Shown: positions 9,880 through 19,935, numbered from the stretch's first letter. The stretch: DNA of 42,899 bases from Candidatus Nomurabacteria bacterium (GCA_943349725.1 CALQZP010000003.1:1-42899); one strand, 5' to 3'. Made by a program: numbers and translations. Notes: generated from the letters alone by a model not told the origin.

Positions 9880-10507
9880 TATTCTCATCACCAGGCCTCG
9901 TTATGAGTCTGCCACACATTATCTGTATCATTGGTCGGCGCTTTTGGTTCAGGTGGCACGGAGCGGCGGGAATAAAATCTTTGACTTGGAAAAGAAACGG
10001 GCTTCTCGAAAAAACGTAGAAAGCTATTTGGGTAAAAGAAAACCATCTGTTGTGATATTTAACGGTCACGGCGATACCCATTCTGTTGCGGGCCAAGACG
10101 GAGAAGAGTTAATAGTTTCGGGGCAAAATGCTGATTTACTCAAGGGCTGTGTCGTATTTATCAGGGCTTGTAGCGCGGGCAAGGTGCTTGGTCTTGAAAT
10201 AATGAAGCTCGGAGGTACATCCTTTATCGGTTACAAGGAACCTTTTCGGTTTTACAGCAATGAGAAGGAATATCTTAGCAAACCCTTGGAAGACGATTAT
10301 GCCCGCCCGTTCTTTGAAGCATCTAATCAGGTTGGTGTATCTCTCATAAAAGGTAAAACAGCGAAAGAGGCTGATGAAAATAGTAGAAAAGTATACAGAA
10401 AAATCATCTCTCGTTTACTCACGAGTAATGCCTCAAACTCCTTTGTTATACCAGACTTACTATGGAATATGCACCATCAAGTGTGCTATCAGAAAGAAGA
10501 GAAATAG
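9872..10507 (+). CDS. Putative clan CD (caspase/gingipain/CHAT-like) cysteine peptidase, 211 aa
   Basis: VVIFNGHG then VVFIRACSAG (Cys = His+34) then SFIGY; ATG at 9872 overlaps the upstream stop; no signal peptide. Confidence 0.7.
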   Translation: MRSILITRPRYESATHYLYHWSALLVQVARSGGNKIFDLEKKRASRKNVESYLGKRKPSVVIFNGHGDTHSVAGQDGEELIVSGQNADLLKGCVVFIRACSAGKVLGLEIMKLGGTSFIGYKEPFRFYSNEKEYLSKPLEDDYARPFFEASNQVGVSLIKGKTAKEADENSRKVYRKIISRLLTSNASNSFVIPDLLWNMHHQVCYQKEEK

Positions 10508-10558
10508 CTACACACGTCCTGGTTACATGTATACTGCCTCAAATCTGGTACACAAAAA

Positions 10559-10585
10559 GAAAAGGCCGCGAAGCGCGACCTTTTC
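10559..10585. terminator. Hairpin/terminator after the protease module
   Basis: GAAAAGGCCGCG-AAG-CGCGACCTTTTC. Confidence 0.5.
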
Positions 10586-10703
10586 GATGGGTTTGCCACT
10601 CTACGGAAAATGCCATACAGGCTGACATTTTCTAATGCGATATAGTGTAGCAAAAGCAAGTTGTAAATCAATAGGCGAATGTGAATGACTTTTTATAACA
10701 ACT

Positions 10704-12440
10704 ATGTCAACACCCGTAGAACAAATCAAAGAGCGATTGGGGATTGCCGATGTGGTCGGCTCCTATATAAAGCTTGACCGCTCGGGAAGCTCGCTCAAGG
10801 GCAAATGCCCGTTCCACAACGAAAAGACTCCGTCTTTTTTCGTCTCGCCTGCTCGCTCCTCGTACTATTGTTTTGGGTGCCAGGCAAAAGGTGACATCTT
10901 CACCTTTGTGCAGGAGTTTGAAGGTCTGGACTTTATCGGGGCGCTTCGCGTGCTAGCACAGCGCGCGGGCGTAACGCTCACGAAGATTGACCCGAAGGTG
11001 CGTAGCGAATACGCGCGCCTGTATCTTTGTCTTGAAAAAGCGACACGGTTTTACGAGCAGAAACTTCAGGATACTCCCGAAGCCAAAAGCTATCTTGACG
11101 GACGCGGACTTTTGCCCGAAACGATAAAGGTGTGGCGCATTGGGTTTGCACCAAACGACTGGCGACAGCTTTTTGATTACCTCACTAAAGAAGGATTTAC
11201 CCCGGAAGAAATGGGGAAGGTTGGCCTCATAAAACGGGCCGAACCAAACGCGCAACATCAGGGAGCGCGATTTTATGACGCGTTTCGTGGACGCGTAATG
11301 TTTCCGATACGCGACAGCGCATCGCGGGTGATTGCATTTTCTGCGCGCATTTTGCCGTCACTTGATGATGGGAAAAGTGGGAAGTACATCAACTCTCCCG
11401 AGACGATTCTCTTCAGTAAATCCCACACACTCTACGGCTTTGACCGGGCGAAGCTTATCATCCGTCAGAAGGACGCCACTATACTCGTGGAAGGGCAGAT
11501 GGACATCCTTATGGCGCATCAAGCAGGCTTTGAGAATACTGTCGCTTCGTCGGGCACCGCGCTCACGGAAGAACAACTCGTTCGACTTAAGCGTCTTTCG
11601 GAAAATCTGCTCATTTCTTTTGACTCGGACAGCGCCGGGGTACGCGCGAGTGAGCGCGCTATCCGGCTTGCGCTGGCGCTCGGCATGAATGTGAAAGTTA
11701 TCGCAATTGGCGCAGGTAAGGACCCTGCCGAGCTCATCCAAAAAGACCTACCTGCGTGGGAGAAGGCAGTATCCGGAGCGAAACATGTCATTGATTTTCT
11801 TTTGGACGGTTTACTCGCGTCGGCAAAAGAGGGGAGAGAGCGAGCTCTGGCGATTGAAAAGACGCTTCTTCCGTTTCTCCGTTCACTTACTTCAAGTGTG
11901 GAGCAGTCGCATTTCATAAAAGTGATAGCAGAGAAGAGCGGACTTCGCGAAGATGCGCTCTGGGAATCGTTTAAAAAGCTCGCACCTGCGGTGCAGGAGA
12001 AAGAGGTTCAGGAACCTAGGAAGGCTACTCCTCCCACGCACGCAAACACACTTGAACGAAGAGTTTTCTGTATTTACTTACTCGCGGAATCCAAAAGGGA
12101 TGCGACACTCCTCTCTCGATTGGAAACTGATTTGCTCCGTATTTTTGGACAAGAGCTTCTGAATAAAAAGCAGGAACATTACCGAGCGCTACAGGATGTC
12201 CTTCTTTTGGAGGCCGAGGCACTCTACGGCATCGGTGTACCGAGTCCCGGTGAAGAGCAAGAGCTTCTGCGCCACCTTGAAGAAGGACATCTCACTGCGC
12301 TTCTCTCGGAAAAGATGGACACACTCATCGTCGCCGAGCGGGAAGGGAAGAAGGAAGAGGCACAAAGGTTGCTTGCTGAATGTAAAGAACTTACCCAGAA
12401 ATTGGCTACACTTAAATCCCATCGATTCAGTCCCCAATAA
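10704..12440 (+). CDS. dnaG: DNA primase
   Basis: CHC2 zinc finger CPFHNEKTPSF...CFGC, KYINSPET, Toprim VEGQMD and FDSDSAG. Confidence 0.98.
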   Translation: MSTPVEQIKERLGIADVVGSYIKLDRSGSSLKGKCPFHNEKTPSFFVSPARSSYYCFGCQAKGDIFTFVQEFEGLDFIGALRVLAQRAGVTLTKIDPKVRSEYARLYLCLEKATRFYEQKLQDTPEAKSYLDGRGLLPETIKVWRIGFAPNDWRQLFDYLTKEGFTPEEMGKVGLIKRAEPNAQHQGARFYDAFRGRVMFPIRDSASRVIAFSARILPSLDDGKSGKYINSPETILFSKSHTLYGFDRAKLIIRQKDATILVEGQMDILMAHQAGFENTVASSGTALTEEQLVRLKRLSENLLISFDSDSAGVRASERAIRLALALGMNVKVIAIGAGKDPAELIQKDLPAWEKAVSGAKHVIDFLLDGLLASAKEGRERALAIEKTLLPFLRSLTSSVEQSHFIKVIAEKSGLREDALWESFKKLAPAVQEKEVQEPRKATPPTHANTLERRVFCIYLLAESKRDATLLSRLETDLLRIFGQELLNKKQEHYRALQDVLLLEAEALYGIGVPSPGEEQELLRHLEEGHLTALLSEKMDTLIVAEREGKKEEAQRLLAECKELTQKLATLKSHRFSPQ

Positions 12441-12448
12441 CCAAGGAA

Positions 12449-12542
12449 CAATATCCAAACAAGAATTGATAAACCAATCCGCAAATTTGGAAGTTTGTAC
12501 TTGAAGTTTGTTTGGCTATGGTATCTTGGTGTTTGGATATTG
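12449..12542. repeat. Intergenic inverted repeat with degenerate short tandem units
   Basis: CAATATCCAAACA (12449-12461) / TGTTTGGATATTG (12530-12542). Confidence 0.6.
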
Positions 12543-12588
12543 ACTCAAATCTTGTCTTTAAGCCATTTTTAGCTATAATACTGCCACT

Positions 12589-13800
12589 ATGCCTAAAGTA
12601 AAAAAAGCCCTAAAGAAGGGCTCCAAAGTCGTGAAAAAGAAGAAGGTATCTGCCCCCAAGGCATCCAAGAAGCGACCCGCCCCAAAGAAGGCTCCTCCGG
12701 TTACGGAGAAAATGGCTCGAGGAAAGGAACGCAACATACGTGCCGAGCGCCTTATCGCAAAGGGTAAGGGGCGCGGATTCATTACGTATAGCGACATTCT
12801 GAAAGAATTTCCTACGATTGAAGAAGATGTTAGTTTCCTTGATGAACTTTACGCTAAGTTTCAAACGGCGGGTATTGATGTACTCGAAGGGGGGAACATG
12901 CTCGATAAAGAGGTTGAAGAGCCTCATGGTAAGAAGAATGTGTACCTTGGAAAGAGCAGTGATGCTTCCTACGACTCCATTCAGATGTACCTCAAGGAAA
13001 TCGGCCAGTATCCGCTCATCAACGGTAAGGATGAGAAAGAACTTGCTAAGCGCATTCAGGCAGGGGATATGGAGGCCAAGAATCTTCTCGCGCGCGCGAA
13101 CCTTCGTCTTGTGGTTTCCATCGCGAAGAAATATGTCGGACGCTCGCCCGACCTCACACTCCTTGACCTTATTCAGGAAGGAAACCTTGGTCTCTTCAAG
13201 GCAGTGGATAAGTTTGATTGGACCAAAGGCTACAAGTTTTCCACCTACGCGACGTGGTGGATTCGCCAAGCCATCACTCGCGCGCTTGCCGACCAGTCGC
13301 GTACCATTCGCGTACCGGTGCATATGGTGGAAACAATTGCCAAATACAAACAGGTGGTTCGCCGATTGTCGCAAGACCTCGGTCGTGACCCGCTTCCCGA
13401 AGAAATCGGCGTTGAAATGGGTATTGATACCGACAAGGTCTACCAGATTGAGAAAATTGACCAGGACACGGTTTCGCTTGAAAGCCCTGTGGGTGATGAA
13501 GGTGATGATGGCAAGAGCACCCTGGGCGACTTTTTGCATGACGATAAGATCCTTTCACCCGATCAGGAGTCTTCACGGCGTATTTTGGGCGACCAGGTAA
13601 AAGAGATTTTGAATGAGCTTTCGGAAAAGGAACGCAAGATTTTGGAGCTTCGCCACGGACTTCTAGACGGCGTAACGCACACCCTTGAAGAGGTGGGACA
13701 GAAATTCGGCGTCACTCGTGAACGCATCCGCCAGATTGAGGCGAAGGCACACGAACGCATCCGCCAGCACGAGAAGGCGAAGAAACTCCAAGGATATTAG
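12589..13800 (+). CDS. rpoD: Primary sigma factor sigma70
   Basis: [38 protein letters not shown]; Lys-rich N-terminal extension. Confidence 0.97.
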   Translation: MPKVKKALKKGSKVVKKKKVSAPKASKKRPAPKKAPPVTEKMARGKERNIRAERLIAKGKGRGFITYSDILKEFPTIEEDVSFLDELYAKFQTAGIDVLEGGNMLDKEVEEPHGKKNVYLGKSSDASYDSIQMYLKEIGQYPLINGKDEKELAKRIQAGDMEAKNLLARANLRLVVSIAKKYVGRSPDLTLLDLIQEGNLGLFKAVDKFDWTKGYKFSTYATWWIRQAITRALADQSRTIRVPVHMVETIAKYKQVVRRLSQDLGRDPLPEEIGVEMGIDTDKVYQIEKIDQDTVSLESPVGDEGDDGKSTLGDFLHDDKILSPDQESSRRILGDQVKEILNELSEKERKILELRHGLLDGVTHTLEEVGQKFGVTRERIRQIEAKAHERIRQHEKAKKLQGY

Positions 13801-13854
13801 GACTAGGCGCTAGGTAAGAAGGCGCTAGGCTCTAGGAAGACAAAAAGAAAAAAA

Positions 13855-13879
13855 ACGGCTCCGTCTTTGGCGGAGCCGT
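13855..13879. terminator. Terminator after rpoD
   Basis: ACGGCTCCG-N7-CGGAGCCGT with a preceding A-tract. Confidence 0.65.
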
Positions 13880-13944
13880 GTTCGTGGTGGCTGGATAAAA
13901 AAACTACTCCTGCCTTGTAATGGCTATAAGCTACTGGGATCACC

Positions 13945-14013
13945 TATAGCTGTTTCGTTCGGTCGAAATGGAAACGCAAAGCCGTTTTCGCTTCTCCCCC
14001 ACTAACAGCTATA
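13945..14013. mobile_element. Small MITE-like element with TATAG ends
   Basis: TATAGCTGTT (13945-13954) ... AACAGCTATA (14004-14013). Confidence 0.5.
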
Positions 14014-14037
14014 AACTTCTTTTGGTATACTCTCCAA

Positions 14038-16959
14038 ATGTCAGACGTTGAATTTACCAAACTCTATAACAACCTCAACCCACAGCAGAAAGAGGCGGTG
14101 GATACGATTGAGGGGCCAGTGATGGTGATTGCGGGTCCGGGGACGGGGAAGACGACGGTGCTGACGCTCCGTATAGCGCAAATCTTGCGAAAGACCGACA
14201 CGCCTCCGTCGGGGATTTTGGCGATTACCTACACCGAGGCGGGAGTGAAAGCGATGCGACAGAAGCTCCGCGCCCTTATGGGTTCACGCGCGGATGAAGT
14301 AGGATTGCATACCTTTCACGGCTTTGCGGCGGGAATACTCTCGGAGCACAAAGACCACTTTCCGCATCTTGATAGAACGACACAGATGACCGACATTGAC
14401 GCGGAGAGTTTTATTCGGGAGATTCTCAAAGATGAGCGATTCGCATCACTTCGGCCGTTTGGTAATCCGGAAATGTATGTTTCCAAAATTGTGGGAGCTA
14501 TCAGCGAGGCGAAACGCGAGGCGCAAACGTCGGAGATGGTGCGACTCTACGCGCATGCGGAAATAAAAAGCATCAAGGCCGACCCCGAGTCTATTTCTTC
14601 TCGCGGACCGACCAAGGGTAAACTAAAGGCAGAGGCCGAAAAGCAGATAGAAAAATGCGGGAAGACTATTCTCTTTGCGGATGTGTACGGGGCCTACGAG
14701 GCTAAGAAGCGCGCAGAAAAGCGAATAGATTTTGACGACCTCATTATTGAACTTCTTTCCGCGCTTCAGAATGATTCGCTCCTCCTCCGTCTTTTGCAGG
14801 AAAAGTTTCTGTACATTCTTATTGACGAACATCAGGATACGAACGACTCGCAGAACTTGCTTATTCGTCTCCTTGCCGATTTCTTTGATAGCCCAAATCT
14901 CTTCGTTGTGGGTGATGAAAAGCAAGCCATCTTTCGTTTCCAAGGTGCTTCGGTGGAGAACTTTCTGCGGTTTAAAAACGCGTGGAAGGATATGAAGACC
15001 ATTCCGCTTGAGAAGAATTATCGTTCGCATCAGCACCTTCTTGATGGCGCATTTTCACTTATAGAACATAATTACGGAGAGGGCGAGCACGCGCATCTTC
15101 GGGTGAAGCTTATAGCGGAGGGCGCCCACACACCAAAGCCAGTTGAGCTCGTGCAGGGAACCGATAGCACGACATTGCGTTTTTTGGGTGAGGAAATTCG
15201 AGAGATTCTCAAAAACGAAGCGGAGAGTACTGTCGCCATTATCACCAAGACCAACCGTGATCTGGAACGAGTGATTCGTTTTTTGGAGCGAGAAGACATT
15301 CCTGTCGCATCCGAACGCAAAATAAATATCTTTAATCACCCCGCAGGCAATCTCTTTTTTACACTGGTGGAGTATCTTGCCGATAGCACGAATGCCGAGG
15401 CGCTGGCGAAGACCATTATGGGAGGACTCTGGGGGCTTCCGTTTGAAAATGCGATTGTGTGTATGCAGGCACTTCGTAGTGGCAAACACGGAGTTGCGGA
15501 AAGTATCCCCGCGCTTCGGCATATTCGCAATAAACTCTCGGGTGACGGAGTACTGGAGTTTTTACTTTTTGCCGGTACTGCTTCGGGTTTTGTAGGGCTC
15601 ATTACGAGCGACCATGGAAGTGTGGAGGTCTGGCGAGGTATTGTAGAACTTTCCGAATATCTTATTCGTGAAGGCGATATTAGCGACCCGCGGGAGCTTC
15701 TACGGCAACTCCTTGCCTACAAAGCTTCTGCGGAAGAGCGGAGCATCAAGATAAGTGTTGGTACGCCCGAACTTCGGGTTCGCGCGATGACCGCGCACGG
15801 CAGTAAGGGTCTTGAGTTTGACTATGTGTTTTTGCCGTTCGCAACCGAGAGCTCGTGGATAGGCAGGGCGCGCGGCGAATATTTTACGCTTCCCCGAAAG
15901 GAGAAAACAGATGGTGATGATGTCAAAGACGCACGTCGGCTCTTCTACGTGGCGCTTACGCGTGCGAAGAAACATGCGGTACTGCTTTCCCCCGAAAGCT
16001 CTGCCGGAGGAAAGGTACAAACCCCCCTTCGGTTTTTGGAGGAGCTTGACGGTGCATACGTAAAGAAAGTGGTGCTTCCGCAAGAAACTGAAGACATTCT
16101 AGAAACCTCGCGTAAGGCGGGGAAAGTGTCGGACTTCGCGCAGAAAATTAACGACCTCGCAAAGACGGTGCTCCTTGAGAAAGGGCTTTCCGTGACCGCG
16201 CTCAATCACTTTCTATCCTGTCCGAGTCGGTTTATCTATCAGAGTATTTTGAAACTTCCACAGGCTCCGGCTCCGCTTCCGGAAAAGGGAATTGCCGTAC
16301 ATGAAGCGTTTGCGAATATTTGGAGCGAGAAGGAGCCTCGTGCTGAAAAGGTGCTTCCGGTGTTTAAAGATTCCATTTCCGCTTACTTTGAGCGGTCACT
16401 TCTTCCTGTTTTTGAAAAGGAGGCGGTCAAGAAGGAGCTTTTTGAGGATGCTCCGGTTATTGCGAGAGAACTTCAAAACCACTTTATCGGAAATGCCCTC
16501 GTGGAGTCGTGGAGCGAGTCACAGTTTGAAGGTAGCTATGAGAGCAAACCCGTCAGCATTCCCATTCACGGCAAGCTGGACGCGGTGCAGGAAAAAGGTG
16601 ATGAGGTGTTCGTGTTTGACTACAAAACTAAGGAAGCGATGTCGGTTAAGGAAATAAAAGGGGAAACGAAATCATCAAACGGCGATTATTTTAGACAGCT
16701 CGTCTTTTACAAACTGCTTTTAGAGAATGACCCAAGGTATAAAAACAAAACCATTATCCCGTCACTGGTGTTCGCGATACCGGACCGAAAAGGGAAGTGT
16801 GATATCGTTTCGCTACCTATCACGAGCGAGGACATCTTGTCGGTCAAACAAAACATTCAAAGTCTGATTGACTCTGTCTGGTCGGGGCATATTATGACCG
16901 ACTATTGTGACGAACCTGACTGCGAGTGGTGCAAGTTGAAAAAAGTAAGTAGCTCGTAA
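14038..16959 (+). CDS. UvrD/PcrA-family helicase fused to a C-terminal PD-(D/E)XK nuclease
   Basis: AGPGTGKT, DEHQD, VGDEKQAIFRFQGA, LFYVALTRAK; C-terminal GKLD...FDYKT and Cys cluster CPSR...CDEPDCEWC. Confidence 0.92.
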   Translation: MSDVEFTKLYNNLNPQQKEAVDTIEGPVMVIAGPGTGKTTVLTLRIAQILRKTDTPPSGILAITYTEAGVKAMRQKLRALMGSRADEVGLHTFHGFAAGILSEHKDHFPHLDRTTQMTDIDAESFIREILKDERFASLRPFGNPEMYVSKIVGAISEAKREAQTSEMVRLYAHAEIKSIKADPESISSRGPTKGKLKAEAEKQIEKCGKTILFADVYGAYEAKKRAEKRIDFDDLIIELLSALQNDSLLLRLLQEKFLYILIDEHQDTNDSQNLLIRLLADFFDSPNLFVVGDEKQAIFRFQGASVENFLRFKNAWKDMKTIPLEKNYRSHQHLLDGAFSLIEHNYGEGEHAHLRVKLIAEGAHTPKPVELVQGTDSTTLRFLGEEIREILKNEAESTVAIITKTNRDLERVIRFLEREDIPVASERKINIFNHPAGNLFFTLVEYLADSTNAEALAKTIMGGLWGLPFENAIVCMQALRSGKHGVAESIPALRHIRNKLSGDGVLEFLLFAGTASGFVGLITSDHGSVEVWRGIVELSEYLIREGDISDPRELLRQLLAYKASAEERSIKISVGTPELRVRAMTAHGSKGLEFDYVFLPFATESSWIGRARGEYFTLPRKEKTDGDDVKDARRLFYVALTRAKKHAVLLSPESSAGGKVQTPLRFLEELDGAYVKKVVLPQETEDILETSRKAGKVSDFAQKINDLAKTVLLEKGLSVTALNHFLSCPSRFIYQSILKLPQAPAPLPEKGIAVHEAFANIWSEKEPRAEKVLPVFKDSISAYFERSLLPVFEKEAVKKELFEDAPVIARELQNHFIGNALVESWSESQFEGSYESKPVSIPIHGKLDAVQEKGDEVFVFDYKTKEAMSVKEIKGETKSSNGDYFRQLVFYKLLLENDPRYKNKTIIPSLVFAIPDRKGKCDIVSLPITSEDILSVKQNIQSLIDSVWSGHIMTDYCDEPDCEWCKLKKVSSS

Positions 16960-16976
16960 AAAGTAGTAAGTAGAAA

Positions 16977-17010
16977 GAAAAACCCGCCCGAGGATACGAG
17001 CGGGTTTTTC
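16977..17010. terminator. Bidirectional terminator between convergent genes
   Basis: GAAAAACCCGC...GCGGGTTTTTC. Confidence 0.75.
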
Positions 17011-17049
17011 TTTGTATAATTCTTAAATCCTAAATCCTACTTCTTAAAT

Positions 17050-17862
17050 CTATCGAAGAAGCGTATCAATCGTAGATTTCACGAGCTGGTAGGGGAGTGA
17101 GCCATTCATACCTACTCGCAGACCATCGGCTGAGAAGGTGATGGGAAGTTGTCCTTGGTTATCTCGATACGGTTCGAAAAGCCCGACAAGGGTCGTCTTC
17201 GCTTCCTCTGAAATAGGACTCTTAAGCACGAGTACGCTGTGTGGGGTGCCATTTACACCGGCGTTTGCACCATCCGTCATGTCGATTTGTATACGCGATT
17301 GCCCGCGTCCACTCGAGAGGCAGTCCGCGAATGATTTTTCGTTGAGTCCGATCTCTTTCGCCATCCGAGGAAGTGAGAGCAGGTCAAGGCCATCGTTTGA
17401 CGGAGTCGCCTCAAATAGCTTGTCCGTATAGTCCCAAAATTTTGCGTTTCCACCAAGATCTCCCGCGCATAGGAGCGCCTCGGATTCCTTCGGAGCCTTT
17501 GAGTGAAGCTGGACGATGGGGTACTGGCGGTACACCCACGCCACCTTTCCTGCCTTTCCGTACTCATTCATCACCTGGAGCATTACATTGTGGAAACGCT
17601 TACAGAAAGGACATTCGGTATCCGAAAACTCTACGAATACGATATTTGCGTCAGGGTTTCCTCGTATGTAGTCGGTGCCGTCAATCGGGCGGAGTTTGAT
17701 AGCTCCCGTAGGTTGTTGGGGAATGGCGTTTGGCATGGTAGCCTCTTTTATGGGCGTCAGGTTTTCACTTCCACGAAGAAAAATGGCTCCCGCAACGAGG
17801 AGGCCAGCTACGACAATCGCCATCGGGACGTTAAGAGGGTTTGTTTTTGAGGTTGATTCCAT
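17050..17862 (-). CDS. Membrane-anchored DsbA/BdbD-like thioredoxin-fold oxidoreductase
   Basis: N-terminal TM segment, EFSDTECPFCKRFH, GVNGTP cis-Pro loop. Confidence 0.9.
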   Translation of the reverse strand: MESTSKTNPLNVPMAIVVAGLLVAGAIFLRGSENLTPIKEATMPNAIPQQPTGAIKLRPIDGTDYIRGNPDANIVFVEFSDTECPFCKRFHNVMLQVMNEYGKAGKVAWVYRQYPIVQLHSKAPKESEALLCAGDLGGNAKFWDYTDKLFEATPSNDGLDLLSLPRMAKEIGLNEKSFADCLSSGRGQSRIQIDMTDGANAGVNGTPHSVLVLKSPISEEAKTTLVGLFEPYRDNQGQLPITFSADGLRVGMNGSLPYQLVKSTIDTLLR

Positions 17863-17940
17863 GGTATAGAAATAAACGTTAAGTAAATAATTAAAATTCT
17901 GAAAGAAGTGTACTATACATTTCGCATTTTGCTATCTCTC

Positions 17941-18516
17941 TTAAAACGGCAGAGTATGTGTCAGCACATTTTCGTTCTTCTTCTCCCAACCACTCGTATC
18001 GAGGACAATATCCTTTATCATTTTTCCGTCAGGATACTTCACCTTTCCGTGCAGAAGCGCGTGGTCGTAGATGGCCTTTGTGATACGGACATCATCAAGG
18101 CAGTATTCTACCACCTTTTGTTTTTCGCCTTGTCGCCACCAGACGTTCGCCATCGAGCCGTGCGCGATTTTGTGGTCACCAATGGTGGCTGAAGCCACCG
18201 AATCCAGCTTAATGCGCCGTCCAAGCACCTTTTGTATCTCTTTCATAAGGTCAAGGCTTTTAATGGACGTGAGGTCGCCCGGATAGTATTTGTTAAGAAG
18301 GGGAATATCAAAGTGGTCGGAGTTATAGCCGATGAGCATATCGGCCTTCTCCAAAATCGGCCACAGCTTCGGCAGGTCTTCTTCAAAGTAGCTTGTATAG
18401 GCGTCAGTCTCTGAGTCGTGGGTGCAGACACAGGCAAGGGTAAGCGACGCCGGGTCGTTTGACCCGGTGTCGGTGAAGAAATTGGTAGTTTCAATGTCGA
18501 AGGTTATCTTCCTCAT
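17941..18516 (-). CDS. RNase H-like (YprB/DEDD) exonuclease domain protein
   Basis: FDIET, IGYNSDHFD, YCLDDV; start placed at MRKITFDIET. Confidence 0.85.
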   Translation of the reverse strand: MRKITFDIETTNFFTDTGSNDPASLTLACVCTHDSETDAYTSYFEEDLPKLWPILEKADMLIGYNSDHFDIPLLNKYYPGDLTSIKSLDLMKEIQKVLGRRIKLDSVASATIGDHKIAHGSMANVWWRQGEKQKVVEYCLDDVRITKAIYDHALLHGKVKYPDGKMIKDIVLDTSGWEKKNENVLTHTLPF

Positions 18517-18636
18517 AATCAAGTACCAATCTACTAATCTGTACCAATCTGCAAATACCAACGAATAAGAACCCGATCTATCTGATTAGCAGGTATTCGT
18601 AGATTGGTCTTCATTCGCTGATTGGTATTTTATTAG
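18517..18636. repeat. Degenerate tandem/inverted repeat overlapping the hisS 3' end
   Basis: 18586-18636 matches 23256-23306 at 43 of 51 nt (manual alignment). Confidence 0.8.
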
Positions 18637-19935
18637 AAACTCGGCGATCTTGTCCTCCGCGAGCGCGGTTTCCTTGCCCAACGAAAGATTTTTCACTTTG
18701 ATCTGTCCTGAAGTCTTTTCCTGTTCACCGATAATCGCAACGAACGGAATCTTCGCGCGGTCGGCGTTCTTGACCTTGGTGCCGACTTTGCCTTCGCTGT
18801 AGTCAACCACCACCCGTACCCCTGCTCGTCGTAGGCTCTGCGCTAGGTCGTTTACGTAGCCGGTCCACTCTTTGTCCATCGCAGAAAGATAGAGGTCGGC
18901 TGCAGTCGGCAGGTTTTTGGGGAGAAGGTCATAGGTTTCAAGCACGTCACGAATGGTGACATCTCCCATACCAAAGCCAACGGTCGGCACTTTTTCCACG
19001 GCAAACATATCCAAAAGGTCGTCGTAGCGTCCTCCACCAAAGAGTGAACGTGGGTTAGCGGGATTTTTATCAAACACTTCAAAGACGATACCGGTGTAGT
19101 AATCAAATCCGCGCATGAGTGTCTGGTCAAACACTATGTTTGTAATACCGAGCGCGTTAAGCGCCCCGAGAAGCGCCTTGATTTCCGCGAAGCTCTCCGA
19201 AAGTTCTTTTTCTTCAGGAAGATGAGACACAAACTCCTCAAAGTTTTTGGAGTTGAGCAGGGTAAGAAGAAGCGCATCCTTCTCTCCAAGAAGCTCACTT
19301 AAAGCTTTCTCAAACACTTCTTTCTCCATCTTTGAACGGCGGTCAATAAGCTGTGCGGTTTTGCGCGCCTGCTCGCCACTTTGTCCAAGAAGCGTGCCGA
19401 TGATGTAGTTCATCACCTTGCGACTGTTGATTCGTATCTCAAAGTTACTATCCTTAATGCCAAAGCCACGCATAATTTCGTAGGCGAGCGAAATGATTTC
19501 GGTCTCGGCTTCTATGCCCGGCAGACCGAAGATATCGGCGTTCAGCTGGTAGTGTTCGCGCAGTCTCCCACGTTGCGGGCGTTCGTAGCGGAAAAGGTTC
19601 GGAGTGGAGAACCAGCGCACGGGGAAGAAAAGCGTCTTTCGTTTGCCCGCGATAAGCCGAGCGACCGTCGGGGTCATCTCGGGGCGAAGGGTGACCTCGC
19701 GGTCACCACGGTCGGTGAAGGTATAGGTCTGTTCGTTCACAATTTCCTCGCTCGTCTTTCCACGGTAGAGGTCGGCGGGCTCCAAAATTGACGCCATATA
19801 TTCCTCGTATCCGAACTTTTTGCAGGTCTCTTTCCACACACCAAAAATATACTGCTCTATCGCGCAGTCGGCCGGATAAAAGTCTCGGACTCCCTTGTAG
19901 GCCTCGGTAGACAGTTTCTTTTTTGGGTCGGTCAT
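18586..19935 (-). CDS. hisS: Histidine-tRNA ligase
   Basis: KGVRDF, LRPEMT, FRYERPQRGRLREH, RGFDYYTG, GGGRYD. Confidence 0.98.
   Translation of the reverse strand: MTDPKKKLSTEAYKGVRDFYPADCAIEQYIFGVWKETCKKFGYEEYMASILEPADLYRGKTSEEIVNEQTYTFTDRGDREVTLRPEMTPTVARLIAGKRKTLFFPVRWFSTPNLFRYERPQRGRLREHYQLNADIFGLPGIEAETEIISLAYEIMRGFGIKDSNFEIRINSRKVMNYIIGTLLGQSGEQARKTAQLIDRRSKMEKEVFEKALSELLGEKDALLLTLLNSKNFEEFVSHLPEEKELSESFAEIKALLGALNALGITNIVFDQTLMRGFDYYTGIVFEVFDKNPANPRSLFGGGRYDDLLDMFAVEKVPTVGFGMGDVTIRDVLETYDLLPKNLPTAADLYLSAMDKEWTGYVNDLAQSLRRAGVRVVVDYSEGKVGTKVKNADRAKIPFVAIIGEQEKTSGQIKVKNLSLGKETALAEDKIAEFLIKYQSANEDQSTNTC

Noticed and set aside
16150-16959. Cas4-like nuclease
   Set aside because: It is the C-terminal PD-(D/E)XK domain of a UvrD fusion, an ordinary repair architecture.
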